Positions 37,927 to 44,387 of a stretch of 64,000 nucleotides of DNA are shown piece by piece (position 1 is the first letter of the stretch; each line of letters starts with the position of its first letter). The stretch spans positions 528 to 64,527 of the forward strand of contig DASUXW010000194.1 in assembly GCA_036377715.1 (NCBI GenBank), in the 5' to 3' direction. Under the pieces are notes generated by a model that did not search any database, was not told the DNA's origin, and saw only the letters and a list, made by a program, of their open reading frames with translations. The translations under genes and the position numbers were made by a program. The DNA comes from Gemmatimonadales bacterium (GTDB lineage: Bacteria; Gemmatimonadota; Gemmatimonadetes; Gemmatimonadales; GWC2-71-9).

Positions 37927-38808
37927 ATGATCCTGCTCAGCCTGGCTCTCCTCACCCTCCCGGTCGACAGCGCCGTGGTCCGGGATATCCAAGTCGCCGA
38001 CGGCGAGACCCTCCGCACCACCTCCGCCGGCACCGGTCAGCCGATCGTCATGATTCCCGGCATATTCGGTGGCGCGTTCGGGTACCGGAAGATCACCGGG
38101 CCACTGGTCGCCCAGGGCTACCGTACCATCGTGGTGGAGCCGCTCGGCTACGGGTTCTCCTCTCATCCGAAGAAGGCGGACTATTCCTTCGGAGCGCAGA
38201 GCGAACGTGTGGCCCGCACGCTCGACCAGATGGGCGTCAAGCGAGCCCTCATCGTCGCCCAGTCCAGCGGTGCCGCCATTGCCTTTCGCCTCGCAGTGAA
38301 ACGGCCCGACCTCGTGCGGGGGCTTCTCTCCATCGACGGGGGACCCGCCGAGAGCGCAGCCACGCCGGGAATGAAGAAGGCGTTCAAGTTCGGCGGCGGA
38401 CTGGTCAAGCTCACGCTGGATGAATCCAGGCTGCGACATGAAGTCCGGCGCGAGATCGTCGAGAATTCGGGAGATACCATTTGGATCACCGATGCGGTGA
38501 TTCGCGGCTACACGGCCGGGCAAACGGCCGATCTCGGCGGGGCGATCGACGCGTTTCACCAGATGGCCAGGTCAAAGGAGAGCACCTCCCTGGCCGAGCG
38601 ACTCCATCAGTGTGTGGCGCCTGTCCTGCTTCTGGTGGGGACGGCGGCGCACCCGGCAGAGGTACCGGACGACCAGCGCGAGCTGTTGAAGACCAGGCTG
38701 CGCAGCTTCCACGCCGAAGCCGTCCGCGGAGCGGGCCAGTACATTCAGGAAGAGCAGCCCGCCGTGGTGCTCGCAGCGCTGGCGCGGCTGAATCGGGAAG
38801 CAAGGTAA
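37927..38808 (+). CDS. alpha/beta hydrolase
   Basis: 293-aa ORF. IVMIPGIFGG oxyanion region, nucleophile elbow AQSSGAA, and a C-terminal His region. Confidence 0.85.
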   Translation: MILLSLALLTLPVDSAVVRDIQVADGETLRTTSAGTGQPIVMIPGIFGGAFGYRKITGPLVAQGYRTIVVEPLGYGFSSHPKKADYSFGAQSERVARTLDQMGVKRALIVAQSSGAAIAFRLAVKRPDLVRGLLSIDGGPAESAATPGMKKAFKFGGGLVKLTLDESRLRHEVRREIVENSGDTIWITDAVIRGYTAGQTADLGGAIDAFHQMARSKESTSLAERLHQCVAPVLLLVGTAAHPAEVPDDQRELLKTRLRSFHAEAVRGAGQYIQEEQPAVVLAALARLNREAR

Positions 38809-38829
38809 GTGCGAGACGGAACAGATCCA

Positions 38830-38858
38830 TTGCCCTACTGAGCAGGTGCAGCTATACT
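38830..38858 (+). promoter_or_regulatory. candidate sigma70-type promoter of the cold-shock gene (TTGCCC-17-TATACT)
   Basis: -35 at 38830-38835, a 17-nt spacer, and -10 at 38853-38858. This would give a ~160-nt leader, as is usual for csp genes. Confidence 0.5.
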
Positions 38859-38873
38859 CCTGCAGCGAGGACA

Positions 38874-38905
38874 GGGGACCGGCGCCAGGCCGGTCCCCTT
38901 CTTCG
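38874..38905 (+). terminator. GC-rich stem-loop + T-rich tract: terminator of the hydrolase gene and/or 5'-leader structure of csp
   Basis: GGGGACCGGC (38874-38883) / GCCGGTCCCC (38889-38898), 5-nt loop, then TTCTTCG. Confidence 0.5.
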
Positions 38906-39025
38906 TGGCGATCGTTCCTAGCGCACTAGCGCGGCGCTCGCCGGCCGGCGTGGGGGCGAAATCCACGCAGAACGTAGTCGAGAGTGCGGCATACCCGGCT
39001 CCGATTACCAATTTGGAGTAGGGAC

Positions 39026-39241
39026 ATGGCACGCACCACTGGCACGGTCAAGTGGTTCAATGACGCGAAGGGCTTTGGATTCATCACGCCCGAGGATGGT
39101 CAGAAGGACTGCTTCGTGCACCACTCGGCGATCTCGGGTCAGGGCTTCAAGAGCCTGGCCGAGGGCGACCGGGTCGAATTCGATGTCGTGCAGGGCCAGA
39201 AGGGCCCCGCCGCAGAGAACGTCGTGAAGATCGCGAAGTAG
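39026..39241 (+). CDS. csp: cold-shock protein (CspA family)
   Basis: ATG at 39026 (GGAGTAGGG upstream), inside track ORF 38984..39241. [15 protein letters not shown] and DCFVHHSAI (RNP1/RNP2). Confidence 0.96.
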   Translation: MARTTGTVKWFNDAKGFGFITPEDGQKDCFVHHSAISGQGFKSLAEGDRVEFDVVQGQKGPAAENVVKIAK

Positions 39242-39256
39242 ATCTTCGCAGAATTC

Positions 39257-39299
39257 GAACGATGGCCGGCTCCAGCGGGGCCGGCCATTGTTCTTTTGT
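39257..39299 (+). terminator. intrinsic terminator of csp
   Basis: 14-bp stem GAACGATGGCCGGC / GCCGGCCATTGTTC (one G:U), followed by TTTTGT. Confidence 0.75.
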
Positions 39300-39327
39300 C
39301 GGAGCCACCCGCCCCCGGAGCGTCGTC

Positions 39328-39501
39328 TTGCCCAGGAACACCTACGGCCGTGAGAAGCGCCAGAAGGAATTGAACCGTCAGCGCAAGCGAGAAGAGAAGC
39401 AGCAGCGCAAGCTCGATCGAGCCGCCGCCCGTGCCGAGCAGCCGGACCCTGCCGAGCCCGGCGCCCCTGGCGCGCTACCCGCGGATCTCGGTTCCGAATG
39501 A
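39328..39501 (+). CDS. possible small Lys/Arg-rich protein (57 aa)
   Basis: TTG at 39328 with GGAG 7 nt upstream, in the frame of track ORF 39262..39501. PRNTYGREKRQKELNRQRKREEKQQRK then a Pro/Ala-rich tail. The listed ATG lies inside the csp terminator stem. Confidence 0.3.
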   Translation: MPRNTYGREKRQKELNRQRKREEKQQRKLDRAAARAEQPDPAEPGAPGALPADLGSE

Positions 39502-39539
39502 GCCGGAGCTTCGTCTATGCCGCCGCGGCGCCAGGCGGC

Positions 39540-39623
39540 GCTCGGCTCGAGCCCGTCGCCCGAGAGCATGATCCCGGTCAGGGACGAGTTGTGCGTCTTC
39601 GACAATTCCGAGATCTTCGTCAT
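39540..39623 (-). pseudogene. remnant of a second YciI-family gene
   Basis: The first 28 codons of track ORF 39378..39623 read MTKISELSKTHNSSLTGIMLSGDGLEPS. Positions 39540-39577 match 34789-34826 of the intact YciI gene at 37 of 38 nt. Beyond that the frame runs into unrelated Ala/Arg-rich sequence. Confidence 0.6.
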
Positions 39624-39714
39624 GAATGCTGACGATGATCACAACAGAACGTGATCAGGGATTCAGATGCTTTTGACCGTGATCCCGCGGGGTCGCCCGA
39701 CGGCCAGCATAGCC

Positions 39715-39749
39715 GAAGCCCGGCACGACCTAAGTCGTTGCCGGGCTTC
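39715..39749 (-). terminator. strong hairpin abutting the 3' end of tRNA-Gln (terminator/processing structure)
   Basis: GAAGCCCGGCACGAC / GTCGT(T)GCCGGGCTTC with loop CTAA, 1 nt from the tRNA end. There is no clear U-tract. Confidence 0.4.
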
Positions 39750-39750
39750 A

Positions 39751-39823
39751 TTGCCCCTCCTGGGCTCGAACCAGGACTCTCCTGATCCAGAGTCAGGCGT
39801 GTTGCCAGTTACACCAAGGGGCA
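39751..39823 (-). tRNA. tRNA-Gln (anticodon CTG)
   Basis: Hand-folded cloverleaf: acceptor TGCCCCT/AGGGGCA (U1-A72), anticodon arm CCTGA-CTCTGGA-TCAGG, and T-arm CCTGG-TTCGAGC-CCAGG. No encoded CCA. Confidence 0.92.
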
Positions 39824-39865
39824 GTGTGGGGCCTGCGGCGGCAGCGGCTCTGGACCACCACCGGA

Positions 39866-39938
39866 TGGAGCTGAGGGGGATCGAACCCCTGACCTCTGCA
39901 GTGCGATTGCAGCGCTCTCCCAGCTGAGCTACAGCCCC
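39866..39938 (-). tRNA. tRNA-Ala (anticodon CGC)
   Basis: GGGGCTGTAGCTCAGCTGGGAGAGC... with the G3:U70 Ala identity pair, anticodon loop ATCGCAC, and T-loop TTCGATC. Confidence 0.93.
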
Positions 39939-39949
39939 GGAAGCGCGTA

Positions 39950-39978
39950 ATTCTAGCGGCTATCCCCCTGCCTGTCAA
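39950..39978 (-). promoter_or_regulatory. consensus sigma70 promoter of the tRNA-Ala/tRNA-Gln operon
   Basis: Minus strand reads TTGACA (39978-39973), an exact 17-nt spacer, and TAGAAT (39955-39950), ending 11 nt before the tRNA-Ala 5' end. Confidence 0.8.
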
Positions 39979-40130
39979 CGCGATACGAACCCGCTGCCCG
40001 GCAACCGTTTACCCCGCCGCTGGGCTCGCCTCCATGAGCTGCCGCACCGAGCAACCCACCGAGTTCCGTCCGGCCGTCCGTCCGCCCTCATATATTGTCC
40101 CTCCAACGACGACACCCCGGAGCCCCGACG

Positions 40131-41765
40131 ATGCGCTGGACATGTCTGCTGATGGCCGCAACCCTCTGCAGTGTGCGGTCACTGCCTGCCCAGGAATCGG
40201 CCCTGACGGCCGCCGAGGCCGCCGGCCGGACTCCACTGTACGACAACCTTGGCTCGTACCATATGCAGATCACCACCGGGTCGGCGGTGGCGCAGAAGTA
40301 CTTCGACCAGGGCCTCCGGCTCACTTACGGGTTCAACCACGACGAAGCCATCAAGTCGTTCCGCGAGGGGATCCGCGCCGACTCCGCCTGCGCCATGTGC
40401 TGGTTCGGCGTGGCCTACGCGCTCGGTCCCAACATCAACGTGCCGATGGACACCGCGGCCGTCGCGCCGGCGTGGGAGGCGGTGCAACAGGCGGTCCGGC
40501 ACGCCGGGTGGACCACGAGGCGCGAGCAGGCCTACATCGCGGCGCTGGTGAAGCGCTACTCGGCCGGCCCCGTCGCCGATCGCGCGGGCCTCGATTCCGC
40601 CTGGGCCCGCGCGATCGGCGAGGTGGCGAGAAAGTACCCGACCGACAACGACGCGCAGGTGCTCTACGCCGAGGCATTGATGGATCTCCGGCCGTGGAAC
40701 TACTGGAGCAACGCCGGCAAGCCTCGCGCGCCCAGCACGCTCGAAACGGTGCAGGTGCTGGAGCGGGTGTTGAAGCGCACACTCGATCACCCGGGCGCCT
40801 GCCACTTCTACATCCACGCGATCGAGGCATCCACATTCCCGCAGCGCGCGGTGCCGTGCGCCGAGCGGCTGGGGAGCCTCGTGCCCGGCGCGGGACACCT
40901 GGTCCACATGCCGACCCACATCTACATGCGGCTGGGCCGGTGGGAGGACGCGGTCGAGCACAACGCCCACGCGGTGCACGTGGATCAGCAGTATGTGGAG
41001 GCGCGCCACCCGTCGGGCGTCTACCCGATCGGCTACGTCCCCCACAACTACCACGTAATGTGGGAGGCGCTGCTGATGCTGGGCCGAAGCGCCGACGCGA
41101 TGAAGGCAGCGCGCGACATCCAGGCCAAGGTGCCGGTGGAGGTGGTGCACATGATTCCGCCGTTCGAGTACTACTCACCCGTGGCGCTGCTCACGATGGT
41201 GCGGTTCTCGAGGTGGGGCGACGCGCTGAAGGAGCCCGCCCCCGCGCCGGAGCTGCGGTATACCACGGGCCTCTGGCACTACGCCCGCGGCCTCGCGTTC
41301 GCCGCAACGGGCCGGCTCGACTCCGCGACCGTCGAGCACGACAGCGTAGTCGCCATCGCGGCGAAGATCCCGGCGGAGCAGCTGGCCAACCTCAATTCCG
41401 CGCGCACGCTCCTCCGGATCGCTGAGCGGCACCTCGCCGCCGAGCTCGCCGCGCGGCGGCAGCACACCGACGAGGCCGTCAGCGTGCTCCGCCAGGGCAT
41501 CGCCCTGGAGGACGAGCTCACCTACGACGAACCCACCGCCTGGGTCATTCCGCTGCGCCAGCCGCTCGGCGAGCTGCTCCTCTCCGCCGGCCGGTCCAAG
41601 GAAGCCGAGAAGGCCTTCAGAGAGGACCTGGTGCGCTACCCCCGTAACGGCTGGTCACTTCACGGCCTGGCCCGCGCCCTCGAAGCCCAGGGGCGCACTG
41701 GTGAAGCGCGTAAGGTGAAGGCGCAGCTCGAGCTGGTGTGGGAGGGGGCGGACGGGGCGAACTGA
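40131..41765 (+). CDS. secreted TPR-repeat protein
   Basis: ATG at 40131 (MRWTCLLMAATLCSV signal), inside track ORF 40095..41765. TPR-like helical repeats run throughout and the C-terminal region is TPR-like. Confidence 0.8.
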   Translation: MRWTCLLMAATLCSVRSLPAQESALTAAEAAGRTPLYDNLGSYHMQITTGSAVAQKYFDQGLRLTYGFNHDEAIKSFREGIRADSACAMCWFGVAYALGPNINVPMDTAAVAPAWEAVQQAVRHAGWTTRREQAYIAALVKRYSAGPVADRAGLDSAWARAIGEVARKYPTDNDAQVLYAEALMDLRPWNYWSNAGKPRAPSTLETVQVLERVLKRTLDHPGACHFYIHAIEASTFPQRAVPCAERLGSLVPGAGHLVHMPTHIYMRLGRWEDAVEHNAHAVHVDQQYVEARHPSGVYPIGYVPHNYHVMWEALLMLGRSADAMKAARDIQAKVPVEVVHMIPPFEYYSPVALLTMVRFSRWGDALKEPAPAPELRYTTGLWHYARGLAFAATGRLDSATVEHDSVVAIAAKIPAEQLANLNSARTLLRIAERHLAAELAARRQHTDEAVSVLRQGIALEDELTYDEPTAWVIPLRQPLGELLLSAGRSKEAEKAFREDLVRYPRNGWSLHGLARALEAQGRTGEARKVKAQLELVWEGADGAN

Positions 41766-41862
41766 CGGGCGGACGGACAGGCGGACAGACGGACAGACGG
41801 ACGGAAACGGCACACCAGACGGTGTGCCGTTTACGTCCGACCGTCCGACCGTCCGACCGTCC
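41766..41862. repeat. palindromic element with octamer-repeat arms; candidate bidirectional terminator
   Basis: Core stem AAACGGCACACC (41805-41816) / GGTGTGCCGTTT (41821-41832). The left arm is (GGACAGAC)-type repeats and the right arm is (CGTCCGAC)x3. The element fills the whole spacer between two convergent stop codons. Confidence 0.7.
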
Positions 41863-42855
41863 TCAGTGGCACTTCCCTCCCCCGCTGTCCCCGAACTCCT
41901 TCCCCGCGACTGACACGAACTGGAACGCATACCGATCGGGGTACAGCGTCAGCTTCAGCACCCCGTGGCCGCCGTTGTAGCGAACCTCGCTGTTGGGCGC
42001 GGGCGCACGGAACGTGTAGAGCGCGTCGCCACCGGTGCCGACCACGAACTCGCGGATCCCGCGCGCGCTGTCCGCCCGGCCGTCCGGGTCCTGCGGGGCG
42101 AACCGCTCGTATTGGTGGTTGTGGCCCGAGAGCACGAGGTCGGCTCCGGCCTCGTACAGCACCCGGAAGATCGGGCGCATGGGGGCGTAGGGCCGGTGCC
42201 GCCTGCCGGAGGTGAAGAGGGGACGGTGCCAGTAGGCGAGCGTGCATCGCGCGGGGTGCGCCGCGAGATCCGCGGCCAGCCAGACCGCCTGCGCGTCGAG
42301 ATCGCGCTCGCTGTTCAGGGAGACGATGTGCCAGCCGCCGAGGTCGTAGCTGTACCATCCGCGTCCCGGCGGGCCGGCACGGGCGCCGAAGTAGGCGAAG
42401 TACGGCGCGCCATCGCCGGTGCGATAGTCGTGGTTGCCGGGTGAGGGATAGGTCCGGTCCTTGAACGCCCCCCAGCTCGCGCCGTAACACGAGTAGTCCT
42501 GCGTCCGTCCGTCCGGGTACGCGTTGTCGCCCAGCGTGAAGACCGCTCCGCGGATCCTCGCTGCCAGCGCCGCCGTGGCCTCGTCGTCGTATGCCGAAGG
42601 GCACCCCGCGATATCCCCTGCCCCCACCAGCACCACGCCGCCCGCCGAGTCCGGCACCATGAAGCTGTCGGCCGGCGCCGGCGGCGTGCCCGCGTCCATG
42701 GACGGCGGCGCCGCTCGCGCCCCGCGCGACGTGGAGCTGCACCCCGAGTAGCAGCCGAGCTGGGAGATCAGGACCACGGCCGCGACACTCGGCCCGATCC
42801 TCCGTCCGCCACCACCCGCTTCGCGGGTACCCGGCCGGTCCGTCTGTCCGCCCAC
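41863..42855 (-). CDS. metallophosphoesterase (calcineurin-like), secreted/lipoprotein
   Basis: 330-aa ORF. GDIAG, GDNAY, GNHDY, and LSGHNHQYER motifs. Confidence 0.88.
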   Translation of the reverse strand: MGGQTDRPGTREAGGGGRRIGPSVAAVVLISQLGCYSGCSSTSRGARAAPPSMDAGTPPAPADSFMVPDSAGGVVLVGAGDIAGCPSAYDDEATAALAARIRGAVFTLGDNAYPDGRTQDYSCYGASWGAFKDRTYPSPGNHDYRTGDGAPYFAYFGARAGPPGRGWYSYDLGGWHIVSLNSERDLDAQAVWLAADLAAHPARCTLAYWHRPLFTSGRRHRPYAPMRPIFRVLYEAGADLVLSGHNHQYERFAPQDPDGRADSARGIREFVVGTGGDALYTFRAPAPNSEVRYNGGHGVLKLTLYPDRYAFQFVSVAGKEFGDSGGGKCH

Positions 42856-42867
42856 GAGCCTCGATTC

Positions 42868-44016
42868 CTACTGGTACTGGATGTAGAGCGGCTGCGGGTA
42901 CAGCTCGAGCACCTGCGCCGGCGTCATCATCGGTTTGTCGTTCTTGAAGAACAGCTTGAACCCGGCGTACTGCACCGGGTAGGGCACGATCCAGAACTTG
43001 TACGCGTCTTCCTTGAGCCGCGGCGTGCCGAACCCGTCCATGTCCACCACCACCTGCACCCGCGGATCGAGTGTGATCCGGTCGTGGTTGGTGAGCATGC
43101 GCCGGGTGAACCGGTGGACCACCAGCACCTTGGGTGGGATCTGCTCGCGCTCGACGATCCCGGCCAGGAGCTTCACGGCGTAGTTCACGTCGTCCGCGTC
43201 GAGCGTCCCGATTCGCCGTCCCGGTACGCCGCCGAGCTTCATCGCGAACTCCGGGTCGAGCGCCAGGTGCACGTACGGACGCTCGAGGTACTTCACCAGA
43301 TGCGGCAGCTCGTCGGGCACGGTGCTGTGACCGATCTGCACGTCGAGGAACACGATCCACCCGCGCTCCTCGGCCCAGCCGAGCACCTGTTCGATCGTCT
43401 GGTCGGAGTGTCGGAGCCGGTACTTGCCCCCGGGGCCCGGCATCCCCTGCGCCACGGTAGCGATGAGGTGGAGCGCCGGCATCACGCCCCGGGTCGTATC
43501 GGCTTCGGCCCATTCGGTGGCGGTGTGCTCGAGCCTGGCGAGCATCTCCGCCGGCGGGAGCTGGCCCAGGATGCCCATGCGGCTGGACTTGGGGTTGCCA
43601 TAGAAGGCGACGATGCGGTTCTCCGGCAGCAGCGCGCCGGGCAGCGGCTCGGGGCCCTTGACCGGCCAGCGGGCGGAGTCTGCCGGGGTGAGCGCGTAGC
43701 GCCGGCGCGCCCGCTTCTTCGCGACGGAGTCGGGCGCGGTGGTGTCGGCTGCCGCCGAGTCGGCGGGCTTCACCGGGACCGCCGCCCCGGCGTGCGAGGT
43801 GCGCTCGGCGCGGGCGGTGATCGGCTTCGGGACCCACGGTTTCGAAACCGGGGTGGTATCCGGGTCGGCGGCTGGTGTCGCGGTCTGACCGCCGGGGGGC
43901 GGCTGGCCGGGTCGGGCCTGGGAGTCGGCCTCGGGACCGCAGGCGGTCAGGGCGAGCAGGAGCCACACCGAGCAGCCGGTCAGGCGCGCGGCACGGGAGC
44001 GGACGAGGAGAGTCAT
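42868..44016 (-). CDS. conserved hypothetical lipoprotein (TIM-barrel/glycoside-hydrolase-like impression)
   Basis: Internal ATG (MTLLVRS...LLLALTAC lipobox) of track ORF 42868..44034. Pro/Ala-rich linker, then a conserved-looking globular domain. Confidence 0.7.
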   Translation of the reverse strand: MTLLVRSRAARLTGCSVWLLLALTACGPEADSQARPGQPPPGGQTATPAADPDTTPVSKPWVPKPITARAERTSHAGAAVPVKPADSAAADTTAPDSVAKKRARRRYALTPADSARWPVKGPEPLPGALLPENRIVAFYGNPKSSRMGILGQLPPAEMLARLEHTATEWAEADTTRGVMPALHLIATVAQGMPGPGGKYRLRHSDQTIEQVLGWAEERGWIVFLDVQIGHSTVPDELPHLVKYLERPYVHLALDPEFAMKLGGVPGRRIGTLDADDVNYAVKLLAGIVEREQIPPKVLVVHRFTRRMLTNHDRITLDPRVQVVVDMDGFGTPRLKEDAYKFWIVPYPVQYAGFKLFFKNDKPMMTPAQVLELYPQPLYIQYQ

Positions 44017-44082
44017 GGGGCATGAATCTACCAAAAGGGGCCGCCGGACGGCGGCCCCCCGGGAACCCAGCCCGCGTCGCGA

Positions 44083-44229
44083 TCAGACCGTCTTGCGTCC
44101 GGTGAAGAGGTTGAACAGGAAGACGATGATGGCGATGACCAGCAGGATGTGGATCAGGCCGCCGGCTACGTGGAAGACTAGCCACCCCAGTATCCACAGA
44201 ATGAAGAGGATGATCGCGAGCCAGAGCAT
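44083..44229 (-). CDS. lmo0937-family small membrane protein (48 aa)
   Basis: Not in the ORF track (<60 aa). Own translation: MLWLAIILFILWILGWLVFHVAGGLIHILLVIAIIVFLFNLFTGRKTV. GGGAGA lies upstream of the ATG. Confidence 0.8.
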   Translation of the reverse strand: MLWLAIILFILWILGWLVFHVAGGLIHILLVIAIIVFLFNLFTGRKTV

Positions 44230-44387
44230 GAAGGGTCTCCCTTCCGGTGTGAACTGTCACGATACGCCCCCGCCCGACGGCTGTCTGTGACAGCACTTAC
44301 ATCCCCGCCGGCGCTGGCCTCGAGGCCGCCCGCCTGTACTTTTCAGGGCTGGAGCGCCGCTGAACGACCGCCGCCCGGGGCCCTGCC

